A DNA stretch of 36,791 nucleotides. It comes from Phoronis australis (lineage: Eukaryota > Animalia > Phoronida). The position numbers were made by a program, and so were the translations under genes. The notes beneath the pieces are model-generated. The model worked only from the letters and a program-made list of their open reading frames with translations, searched no databases and was not told the origin of the DNA. Shown here one piece after another: positions 11,658-22,249 of the stretch (its first letter is position 1; the number at the start of each line of letters is the position of its first letter). Location: NCBI GenBank assembly GCA_002633005.1, contig NMRA01001238.1, positions 1 to 36,791 on the forward strand, written 5' to 3'.

Positions 11658-13436
11658 TCAATGTTCTGTTGCCCTGTAATAGGAATACGGAAGATTGCCG
11701 TCAGCGAAAAACTGGTCCAGACACGCGTGGTGGCCTGGTTCTGGACATGGAGCAAAAGCGCCTGTTGAGAATATATACGCTCCTCCTTGCATGGGATGTG
11801 GGACATGTTTATATATTTCAGACCGGTACACATTTCTGATATTAAGACTCGGACTAGGTGGTGCCTGTATCCAAGTCTTCTCATACAACACCCGGGTGGT
11901 GTTGTAACCGGTACGTCTCACATAGTTCAGCGACGAAAGCATGGGCTTGGGCGTAAAATCCGTATTCCAGTTGTTCGCTCTCATTTTTCTTTCGTTGCCA
12001 TTATCGTATGTGGGAAGGAGCTTACACCCTAAAGGTTCTAAATGTGTATTCCATTTGTCGGTTTCAGACTGATTTCCTTTGTAGTAGTGAATGTCTGTAT
12101 CCAAATCCCATGGCATGACGCCATTCATCTTAAGAACACCAAGAAGAGTACCGCATACAATCTCCATGACAACACTTCGCTCATTTGCAAGTTGGGCAGC
12201 TTTTTCAACGCACTTTGACATCGTTTTTAAACAACAAGGAGGTTCAGCCATTCCTTTTCGGCGTAACGGACACTTTATCGACAGTTCGTTGCAGTCATAT
12301 TCGAAAACTTTTGGAAAACCGGTAATCTTTGTGATTGTGTAACTTCTAGCTAAAGGTAACCAGTACTGTTTGACGTAAGGCTTCTCGATCACTATGTCGT
12401 CAACGTGAAACATGGTGTCTGGGCACACCACTCCGATAACGTTCTTCTTTTTCATGTTGAAGAACATTCTGTGAAACAAAAAGTCGTCCTCTTCCTTAAT
12501 ATTTCGCAAAAGATCCTTTAAGAATTCAGTCCGTCCTAAAAACGGTCCAGCCATATATTCACAATACATGCATGAATCTTTAGAGAATTCATACCCGTAA
12601 ATATACCGAAGCTCATACAGTTTCATATAGACCTGATAGCAGTTGTTCCACCAGTGCCCATTAAATCCTACACTCGACCCACCCACTATGGGGATGTCAT
12701 GACGGAAAGCTGCGTCTACAAGTCTTTCGATTCTTGAGTAATTAGTGAATCTGTACACATCTTTTAACACAACTGCGTACTTTGTATCGACTTTGGATAC
12801 AAGCGTTTGCCATGCACGTGCACTATTTTTAAAGCCTTTCTTTACTATTTCTGTATTTGCATCCGGGTCGAGAGTGTGTTTTGTGGCAACCACAACTTTA
12901 AGCTTGGGGTAGTAATAGCGAATTTGCTTTAAAAGTTGTTCCACGCCATGTTTGGAATAGTCAGGAAAATTGAGTAAAAGAGTTACTACCTTTTCTAACG
13001 GATGAGCGTTCGAACATTTGTCAAATTCCCATCCCTCTTCGTCAAGAAATAACGGAAATCCGTCTCTTCCACCTAAAGACCGACCAGCTGTTGTACGACC
13101 GTTATATACTTCAGGACAGACGTCTAATATTTTTGATTTCGTCTCGGTTTCATTTCGTGGCAAATCTGCCTCGATTTTTGAATTTATCAAGCCTTCAATT
13201 TTTGAAAGTAGTTCGCCCAGTTTTTCTTTAGTTTTTGTTCCTGCATCGACTCCCTGGCGAATGTTTGCTACCATTTTCCCAATTGCAAAGAGGTGAGTAT
13301 TTGTCGTTGGTGGGACGACTGCGCGACTACATTCACGAACAAAATATCCCTGGGATTTTAAGCTAACAACTGCTATGAACAACACGATACCCAAAAATAG
13401 AATGAGTTTTTTCGTTCGCAGCCACGGAAATCTCAT
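11658..13436 (-). CDS. Fukutin-related protein (FKRP)-like / LicD-family nucleotidyltransferase, type II membrane protein, 592 aa from the first ATG
   Basis: Intact ORF; signal anchor LILFLGIVLFIAVVSL after basic residues; GT-A-like stem region; C..C..PPCC cysteine cluster; LicD motif GTLLGVLKMNGVMPWDLDTDI. ATG at 13436 lies just downstream of an acceptor-like TTTTTTCAG. Confidence 0.9.
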   Translation of the reverse strand: MRFPWLRTKKLILFLGIVLFIAVVSLKSQGYFVRECSRAVVPPTTNTHLFAIGKMVANIRQGVDAGTKTKEKLGELLSKIEGLINSKIEADLPRNETETKSKILDVCPEVYNGRTTAGRSLGGRDGFPLFLDEEGWEFDKCSNAHPLEKVVTLLLNFPDYSKHGVEQLLKQIRYYYPKLKVVVATKHTLDPDANTEIVKKGFKNSARAWQTLVSKVDTKYAVVLKDVYRFTNYSRIERLVDAAFRHDIPIVGGSSVGFNGHWWNNCYQVYMKLYELRYIYGYEFSKDSCMYCEYMAGPFLGRTEFLKDLLRNIKEEDDFLFHRMFFNMKKKNVIGVVCPDTMFHVDDIVIEKPYVKQYWLPLARSYTITKITGFPKVFEYDCNELSIKCPLRRKGMAEPPCCLKTMSKCVEKAAQLANERSVVMEIVCGTLLGVLKMNGVMPWDLDTDIHYYKGNQSETDKWNTHLEPLGCKLLPTYDNGNERKMRANNWNTDFTPKPMLSSLNYVRRTGYNTTRVLYEKTWIQAPPSPSLNIRNVYRSEIYKHVPHPMQGGAYIFSTGAFAPCPEPGHHACLDQFFADGNLPYSYYRATEH

Positions 13437-13463
13437 GTTGTTCTGTGACGTTTTCTCAAGTAC

Positions 13464-13480
13464 CTGAAAAAACAAATAAA
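13464..13480 (-). other. Candidate splice acceptor ahead of the FKRP-like coding exon
   Basis: Minus strand TTTATTTGTTTTTTCAG|GTACTT, 27 nt before the ATG; the ORF-track start at 13475 is a TTG within this tract. Confidence 0.65.
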
Positions 13481-14022
13481 ATGGATCGTTATGACATTTC
13501 CAACGTTTTGTATACGTACGGTCGCGCTAAAAAGGACCAGTGTACGTTCACAGATCTCTTACAAATATGGTTGAAGAATTTCATGAGACGATGTGCTTCG
13601 AGCAATGAAAGGTCTACCGATCTCTCGCCTTCGCAGTTTTAGGGACATTAATGCATTTTTTCGGAATACCTGTATACTATGGACGCAAATGCTGCGGAAT
13701 TTTGCTGAATTTATTTCGGGAAAAGCGCAAGCGCGCGAATAATTCGAGGATACATATCTGCACAATGGGATTTTTGCCATTTGTGCTGTTTATCTGGTGT
13801 AACTTTTGGGGGTAGGCATATATCTTTGAAAGGTTGTATCTTCATATTACACCGACACATCAAATCGATATAGGCATTTGTCAGTTTAATATAGAATAAC
13901 ACACACAACAGGGCATAATTTTTCTATTTGTAGCTATTTGTTATTTGGGTTGGAAGTCTAGATGTTGAAATGAACTACCGTGTTCGCTTTTATCGTACCA
14001 CCGTCTCTAGCTGGCCCCAGTA

Positions 14023-14476
14023 GGAGCTTCATGCGCCAGAAGCTTTTCGGCGAATTATACATTGGTTAAAACATCAAAGTTATAAGTAACTTTTGCGCAT
14101 AGAGCCGAGGGTCACCTTAGAAGGTCGTCGATGTCTTTAATTCCTTCCAACTCGAACAAATATTCCCGTAATTAAACTTCTTCTTCGAGTAGCAATTCTT
14201 TCAGTTGCAAAATTCGGCAACAGACCATTTTTTACTGCGAGCGCTCCTATTTTTACCGCGCCCGCCAGGAGGGCGCACAGTGTTAAAATGGCCAGTTGCC
14301 AATTTGGGCAACTGAACGAAGGACTGCTCGAAGACAAAGTTTGATTATTAGTATTTGTTAGAGTTGGAATGAATTAAGGTCGCCTATGCGCGAAAGGTAC
14401 TTATAACAACGTGACAATGATGTTTTAATCAGTGTGAGGCATAATTCGCCGAAAAGCTTCCGGCGTATGAAGCTCC
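14023..14476. repeat. Long imperfect palindrome (foldback element)
   Basis: Matching inverted blocks GGAGCTTCAT..AAGCTTTTCGGCGAATTAT, TTAATTC..TTCCAACTC..ACAAATA, TCTTCGAG and TTCAGTTGC..GGCAAC converge near 14255. Confidence 0.85.
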
Positions 14477-15522
14477 CAGGAAGCCATGCTGGGGCGCTCG
14501 TGCGCTAACAACCGAAAGCGTTCAAAGGGACTGTATCTATATTACGTTAGTGGGCCCTGATGTGTAGGAGCTTTAAAAAGGCTTCGCTAGTACTTACACT
14601 TCGCAGTTTTATTTTGACATTTTCCACCTCATTCATTGGTGTGCTTTTCAAACTGTAAAAAGCTCCCATTTTTCGTGTAAGAATTTTAATAAAGTCTTAG
14701 CAATATTTCAGACGCAGTCGCAGAGTCGAGATAATCTACTAATAGACCATCTGCTCCAAAGTGTTTCAAGTGCGGAAAAATCGTTCAGTATCAGTCGGCT
14801 TGTAAGAGTTCTCCGGCTTCTGCTTGTAGGGTGTATTTTGACGTTTCTCTGGATTTAAACGAGTATGGGCTGGAAGACGGGGTCTAACATCAGTTCTCTG
14901 TTACTTTAGCTAGTTTTTTTATTTTTTTCTTATGTGGATAGATAATTTCACAGGCTATCGGGAATGTACCATTTGTTTTCTCTAAGGATTACCGTACTTG
15001 AGTTATTCGAGATTTTCCGATAATTCAGTTTTTGTGCCGCATCATCGGCGTCCCGGGACAAATGGGTCTGAAATTTGGTATGTGGACACATAGCTTCCAG
15101 CGCTATCAACATTGTGAAGTACTCGTTTCTCGCTACGACTTACGGTTTTCGAGATATTCGAGGTTAACTGCTTAAATGGCTGTTCCTTTATGACTTATTT
15201 TAGCTGCACTTTGTTGGTACATAACATATGAAATTTACGTACATTATCCCACACGCGTCGAATCAGTCGAGTGCAATACGGCCATGTGATATTGTTTTCC
15301 ATACTCACCACCCGCACTACTTCAACTGTGCCCTCTGACATGGACAGTTCAATGTGGACTCGACTTCGTTAGCAGGTTCATCAAACTTTCCCAAAATAGT
15401 TTAAAGGAATACAATTGCAGCAGTATACATAACACTCAACATGCAATCAGATCACAAACGTAACATCTGGAACAAAACTATTAATTATATGACACTTCTG
15501 TCTCAGTTTTTGATTACTAATT

Positions 15523-15839
15523 CATAGGCGGATTTGGGGGAGGGGGGCAGTCCCCCCCTTGGCTGCCGCAAAAACTAAAACAGAAAGAGCGTGAGAAAAT
15601 ATCTAATTTATTAATTAACACCTGTGTGGGGGCTCAGGCCCCATTGCAAGCGTCCGATCCAGATCGCCGGCGCAAGGGTTTTTCTGTTTTTTTTTTGGTC
15701 TTCCGTATGTAATTTAGTAATAGGTCCACATCCACAGCAATTCGAGCCCCCGTATATGTTACGCTAGGTGTTCGTGCTTTGCCCGGTTGCCCGAGACAAA
15801 ATGTTGGGCCCCCTTTATGATATCCTAGATCCGCCACTG
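15523..15839. mobile_element. hAT-like MITE, 5-bp TSD with one mismatch (TAATT/TAAAT)
   Basis: Ends CATAGGCGGAT / ATCCGCCACTG; the right ~40 bp match the left end of 26717-27023 in reverse. Confidence 0.75.
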
Positions 15840-16020
15840 TAAATATATCGTCTGCAACTCAGGCGCCAATTTCTTGATAACTACAAATTTAATATGTTGT
15901 TGTTATTGTTCAGTGCACAGTTACCGATGTTTTCATCTTTGTTATTTCTTTTCAAGTAATATATTGTTACATTTAAAACTGTTTCTTTTATTCGAGAAAA
16001 CTTGTAACTTACACTTAAGT

Positions 16021-16035
16021 ACACACACACACACA

Positions 16036-16091
<56 letters not shown>

Positions 16092-16103
16092 CACACACAC
16101 ACA
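16021..16103. repeat. Compound microsatellite (AC)n(GCAC)n(AC)n
   Basis: Directly visible. Confidence 0.98.
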
Positions 16104-17176
16104 TAGGATGTGATACGCTACGTGAACAGTCTGGTGAAGTAATTAAAAATCTGATTCCTTTAAACGTACGTATTCACTCCTCAGTGATTATTTTCTATAA
16201 TTGTAGTACTTGGTGTTTAAGGTAAGGCAAGCATGTGTTGTCTCGTTCTCTGATGTCGTATAATGTATGTCCACGTTCGTCCGTTTGTTAGTTTCTGCAC
16301 GTAGACCGATACAATTAGTCCGGTTAATCACGTGACTAGGGGAGTGGGTTGTGGGTGTCCAGCTGAACGCCACTAAGAAAAACGTTTGACTGTGTCTATT
16401 CGAAAGAAAGCACATTTGGAAATGAGCCAAGGTAAAACCCTGCGAGAACCTGCACATCACAGTTACACCACTTTCATTTGGCATTGCGATGACAAATGAA
16501 AACAAAAGAAAACTCGAAATTTTCAAATTCATTGAGTCTGACTGAAACAATATTTTCAAAACTCAATTTGGAACACTCATTTTAATGAATCCCTTTGCCC
16601 ATCCTTTTTCTGCCCTGGTCCAACCAAATGGACAGTTACTGGTGTCAGACCTCGACACTCCCCGGATATTGTGCCCCTGAGGACGTCCAGATAGAATACG
16701 GCAATTACAACGCAAATATATGTCCTAGCTCTAGAGAGGAAACATGTAAAAAGAAGATGTATAACCCGCATTCGATATAAATTCATAACAAACACGCATC
16801 TAAAGCGCGGCTAAAGGCGATTCGTTGCTGGTCGCAGAGGTATGGTCCGGATACCTATCGTCGTCAGGCTCCAAAGGTCGTCCGCCATTTTCTTTCGCGT
16901 GCAGCGCAGCCACGCGGGACTTAGCGTTCCAATTTGGAGTGCTCGTCTGCACGTTAGGTACTAACCTCTCGGGAGAAACACGCATGGAAGAACTGAGACT
17001 AAAATTAATACATTTACCGACTGTTTTTTGAGACCACTCAAAAACTTGTAGATTTTACTAATGCACTTTTTTGTTCATTTTCAGAAGATATTTTCGAAAT
17101 TAAAGTTTCTTCAGACGGAACAAAAACCTACCCAGATATTGTTTATGCAATGTATCTATTTGTCCCAGGCACCAAC

Positions 17177-18136
17177 GCAAAAGGTACCCGCTTATCCAAA
17201 ACCTTTACGGCAAACAGATGGCGCTTCTCATCAATCACGTGTCATTTTATCGCTCAAAAAAGACTGTCTGCCAGAGAATCTTAACCAAGCACCCTGACCT
17301 ACATTCTGCTGCTGCTGACTAGCCACAGGTCACGAGAGTTCATGAAGCAGACAGTGTATGTCCTGATGAGTGGCGAATTTGTGTGGAAAAGAATTCTTTG
17401 TGTCCGACATTCCATGTTTAAAACCCCATTTGTAATAACTATTTATAACATATAATTAAGATGAAAGTGTTAATAATCTACGCTGTTGTGGTTGCTCGGC
17501 CTAATCGCTGAGGTAAAATATATATTTAATGAACGTTACCATGGTGAGGCTGCTAAACCGGGTCCGGCCACTTTTCCGCCCGGCGAGATTTTGGCAACTC
17601 AACAACCATAATTTTAATTAGGTTGAAATATAACCACTATATTTTTTAAATTATGCTTGAATTATACATGGTGATATACATGTTAGGTTTCTTTTTCGTT
17701 CAGTGTCTCGTTAGCCAACAACACTGAGCCCAGCAGACCGGACTGGCCGTGGCACGGCACGGCAGCTGATGGTTCACCAAGTAGAAACGTCTGTAATATT
17801 TTACGTTCTATAAACACTAAGGCAAAAGAGAGTGGTTTCAACTTATATAGTATCTATTTAACGAACTGAACCATGCACTATGCACATGTTGGTGGCCATG
17901 ATTAATAACAGCTGACTGTATAAACAAAGAGTGAAGCACTGAGCTCATCATGTCACGTTGTCACAACGGCGATGTGACGTCAGCAGCTGTAGAATGTAGG
18001 TCAAGGTGCTGGGTCAAGATTCAGTTCACACAAGAATGTCACATGACTGTAAGCAGCGCTGCCTGTTAGTAAAGCATCATTGCATCCAGCGCCATCTGTT
18101 TGCCGTAAAGGTTTTGGATGAGCGGGTACCTTTTGC
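17177..18136. mobile_element. Mutator-like non-autonomous DNA transposon, 960 bp
   Basis: 49-bp TIRs starting with G (17177-17225, 18088-18136; 1 mismatch) and 9-bp TSD GGCACCAAC (17168-17176, 18137-18145). Confidence 0.88.
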
Positions 18137-18379
18137 GGCACCAACCGACACCCGTTAGACCAAAGGAAAAACGCAGCAGACAAATGAAACACGCTGGGTG
18201 CTTTACAGTTTCGGCCCACGCCTTAGTCATCAAAATATTGTCCACTTGTTTTTTATTGCAAAACAAAGTACTGAGCTCAACATTTATGTTGAAATTTTTG
18301 GTTAAAGCATTTTGAATTTATTTGAAGAAAATTAAAATATTACTTGAATTGATAGAGAATGGCCACCAATAAAGTAAAA

Positions 18380-19100
18380 CATTGACTTTATTTCATTATA
18401 TTGCATTGTTACATACAACACAGCATGACATACTCAAAAATAAAAGAAGAGATTGAGCAATAAAGTGAAAATACAACTTGGGTATTTATTTATTTGTTTA
18501 TGATTGCAGAAGCCTGTTAAAGGTGAGAAAAAATCAAGCAATACGATATTGGGTAATTTATTAGAACAATTGTATCGAGGTTCAATGATCAACTTGCACC
18601 GACAAAGTCTCAAAGGGTTACAGTTCTGTTTTGGCTGACAAGGTGTTAACAGAGAATGAAGAAAAACTGAAAAGAAAAAAAAGACAGCAGAGATAAGTGG
18701 TGTTAAGAACAACAAGAGCAAAAAGTCAAATAAAGAGGACACAAATAGAAACTAAGTAAGGTCTATCTGGAATAAAGCAATTGCGATTTATATTCCAGAA
18801 CTGAAATTCTAAATCAATTTTAATCGATTTAATAATCGATATCATACAAGTAAAACAGTTTGTGGTTGTAGTAGAATTGCTGTAAACCACTTTCCACTAT
18901 TTTATTGGCCTTTTTCTGTGTGGTTTTCTGTTCTTTCAAAAGGCGGCAGCATATGACGACCATAGGAGTCATTATAAAATGGCTGACGAAAAGCAATGCA
19001 CAGTTCAAACAACTCGGCATAAATAAAAGAAAACTTTTGAATCAACTAATACTATGGATTGATGAGAGTCAAATCAAGTTTTATGCAGAGCATAACTTTG
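18380..19100 (-). mobile_element. Possible old CR1/L2-group LINE 3' fragment
   Basis: Degenerate translations LFVSHF, QKKANKIV and NKLP resemble the C-terminal ORF2 motifs QKKAIRII and WNSLP; ends near an AATAAA. Confidence 0.35.
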
Positions 19101-20284
19101 AAGTGGAATAATTGGGTGAGTACGACAACAAGCCGGTTTCATGCTTAGGCGGACGACCATTGGGTTCCCGAGTATACCTGTGCAGCGTGGTGTGGGTTTA
19201 GCATAGGCTGCAACTACAGCATTCACAACGTCAGACTTGATGATCGGCTGTCCAGAGCATTGAACATACAAGTAGATGAACGATGACCACGGGAGCAAAC
19301 ATAGAGCGAACCTTAGTATACACATAGGGCTACAGAAATGGATGACCGCCGGTGTCTGCATTGTGGGTGGGAATCCAGGGACCTCGCAAGGGGCTCAAAA
19401 TTGAACTAGATTAGATATTTGAGAGGTATGGGCCAAAATTGCGCAAAAGAATTACAGTGTCACACTGAGCGCCAAATGAACCATGATACTAACGCACTCT
19501 GAAAAGCGTCACACGCTCAAACATTCGAGATTTCAATAAAACTCACGAATTCCATTTGATTCACTCATGTCACTGAATTCTAAATGTCCTAGGACACAAA
19601 ATACACTTTGTTTTTGGTTCAACAACCCCTCCACCCTCAAATTACCCACGGCCTGCCGTTGAAAATGTAATCTGGATCACGTATTTCGAGGTAGGCTACC
19701 GACCAAAAGAATGATTTTCAAGAAATGTGTTAGATGGTCTGCAATACCGCGACAAAAAAGATCACGTGGGACAAAGTTTCCTCTGTTGAACAATATTATT
19801 CCTTAGTACATTACACAGGAACTTCAAGAATGCAGGTTAAAATATTCCCTTCGAGAAGTGTGGGTACATAGGAATCCTTTATTGCGACGAGACCATTTGA
19901 GACTCTTTTTAGTGCACAATTTTTCGAGTAACAGCATTCCGTGGGTGAGATGTTTGGGGGGTTAATGGTGAGCTCAACACATAGCGTATGTCATTTAGTG
20001 AATTAAAGTGAAAAAATATACGTAACTAAAACAACAAAAAAGGATCACTGAAATTTTAGGATATAATAACATCTCTTGTCAACAGAAATAGAAATAAAGT
20101 AAAATCAAACACGATATGACAAATGACATCTGATATTTGGCGTAATGAGCATGATAGGTTGTTGCGGAAAAAGTCTATTTTATGGATTAAACATAAAGAC
20201 TTCTTAAATCATATCCTTAAATTACTTTTTATTGGGTTTCTGGGGTCAACATTTTTGTCTGTCAAACGCCATTCGTTCCCCCTT

Positions 20285-20373
20285 AGTTTGGACCGGTACC
20301 TTCAGTGAATATCTGATACAGCTCAAATCAGTTTGGACCGGTACTTTCAGCGAATTTCTGATCCAGCTCAAAT
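20285..20373. repeat. Two-copy 45-bp tandem repeat
   Basis: AGTTTGGACCGGTACYTTCAGYGAATWTCTGATMCAGCTCAAAT twice. Confidence 0.9.
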
Positions 20374-21198
20374 TTACTTCGCTATTCAGTGGTGAGATTT
20401 TTTGTGATGGGTCAAACCCATATAATATTTTGTCTGTCATAAGTGGTTAATTTAATAATCAATAACATGTAATGAGTTAATATTACATTTTTGGTGTTTG
20501 AGCTAGCCCAATTTTGGAAATTTTGGGGGGTTCTGGTGGGCCTTCTATAATTAGTGCAACATTTCCGTCACAGATCAGTCGGTGCATCACTGCGACACTA
20601 TTGTTCAATTTAAAACAGTTTGGCCAGTACCTCAAATTTCTAATCTACCTCAAAATTTCGTCAAGAGGCCGGGTCAAAAACGCAGTTTAGATGCCAGTAG
20701 CAATCCATTTCTGTACAGGCTGGGCTGCACTCACCTTGACAAGTACCGCGCTGTTCCGCATGAATGTTTGTGACTACCGTACAATATGTAGGTATTCTGC
20801 ACACTAGTTGAGAATTTTCATTTGTAAAGGGGCTGAGGTACAACTGGTTTAATTCATTTGTACTCTAGTTCGATCATACATGAACGAATACAGATGAAAT
20901 TTACCAACCTTACAATGCTCTTTAGTATCCTAATTAGCTTCAAACTATAATCGACAATGTAGTCATGCAGGTCATACTACTCTCACGTTATTATAGGGGT
21001 CCGGGGGTCAGCCATCTTTTTACGGTAGGGAGTGTAATCGGGCTTCCAATATGGGGCGACATTCATACCTGGCCAGTGTCGAAAAATAAAATCCATGTTT
21101 ATTCCAGGAGATAGAACTGTACCCCACGTGTATGCCTATTAAAATAGAGCTTAAACCTCATCCATATTTATACCTCATCAGGAAAACTGCAAAAAGCG

Positions 21199-21325
21199 TT
21201 CGTGTGTGTGATTCGATGCTCGTGTGTATGATTTGGGTTCGTATGTATGATTTTTGTAGTTCGTATGCATGATTCATAGGTTCGTAGGTGGTTCGTGCGT
21301 AAAGATGCGATGCTCGTGCGTTGAT
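21199..21325. repeat. Degenerate ~20-bp tandem repeat (TCGTRTGYATGATT core)
   Basis: About seven imperfect units visible. Confidence 0.6.
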
Positions 21326-21730
21326 GATTTTATGGTACCCCCTGAATCCCGTGACGGCGCCTTCAACCCTTTGATGTGCCGAGGCCGGAATTCACTGGAT
21401 ACTCTGGGGTAAACGGTGCACGGATTCTCGTTCACTTGCGTGCAAAACTTGTTAGCGAAAGATTTGCTTATGATACTGATAGTAGCCAGCCGCACTCATG
21501 CAATACAAAATACGGAATCGGAAGCAACAACGAATCAAAAAAACTCGTGCTTTATCCTACCCTCTGACACAGCGCCACCTATGATGGTCGTTTACGAGTA
21601 CTCTGAATTGCCTCACGTAGCTCCATACCGTAACTATTAGAATGTCAAAGCAGTGGTCCCTGAATGCCAATCTGTAGACTTCTATGCTTCATCATGAATT
21701 TGGCGATGAATGTAGTAATTCTCGTCAGTG

Positions 21731-21877
21731 ACCAGGCTTGCGTTCAGTAACGCTAGGACCTACGCTAGTACCCAGTTAAAATCTAGTCAAATTCACGTGC
21801 TCTCATTTAAAATACACTGCAATATCGCACGTCTTGCTTTTTAGCGAGGTCCTAGCGTTACTGAACAGGGGCCTGGT
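21731..21877. mobile_element. Small MITE, superfamily unassigned
   Basis: Perfect 20-bp inverted repeat GTTCAGTAACGCTAGGACCT (21742-21761, 21847-21866) plus outer ACCAGGC/GCCTGGT. Confidence 0.75.
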
Positions 21878-22249
21878 GTTCTCAGATCCGTGTAGTTCAG
21901 TGCTGTAGGGGTGAAATTGGAGGTAAGTAGGCGCCCAAAATCCACCGTATCACCTTGTGCACTGAATTTTAAAAGTGCATTGAATTCGCATAACCTGACT
22001 CACAAATATGTAGGCCTATTTTTGACTCACGATTGGCATTTACTTTGAGTCTGCAGTGGCCAATCTAGGATGTCGCCCAACCTAGTGCCGACCTCAACAC
22101 CTACCGTCTTTCTACCTGCAATAAGCACCACTGCCGTTTTCTATACTGGGAATTTCCGCAGAAAGGCCCACCCGAAGAAACGCCCATGCCCATCGGCATT
22201 TATTTGATGTTAGTACTTCAGGTTTCAAGCGTTCAGACATTGGTACGTT

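Noticed and set aside
13437-13475. ORF-track N-terminal extension MFFQVLEKTSQNN
   Set aside because: Starts at TTG inside a polypyrimidine tract/acceptor; the first ATG is at 13436. An upstream coding exon is not excluded.
15874-16113. ORFs with THTHARTH or CVCVRA repeats
   Set aside because: Microsatellite translation.
16840-16900. Possible first exon of the FKRP-like gene (AAAATGGCGGAC...ATAG|GTATCC on the minus strand)
   Set aside because: Only a YY1-like motif and a weak donor; not supportable without transcript data.
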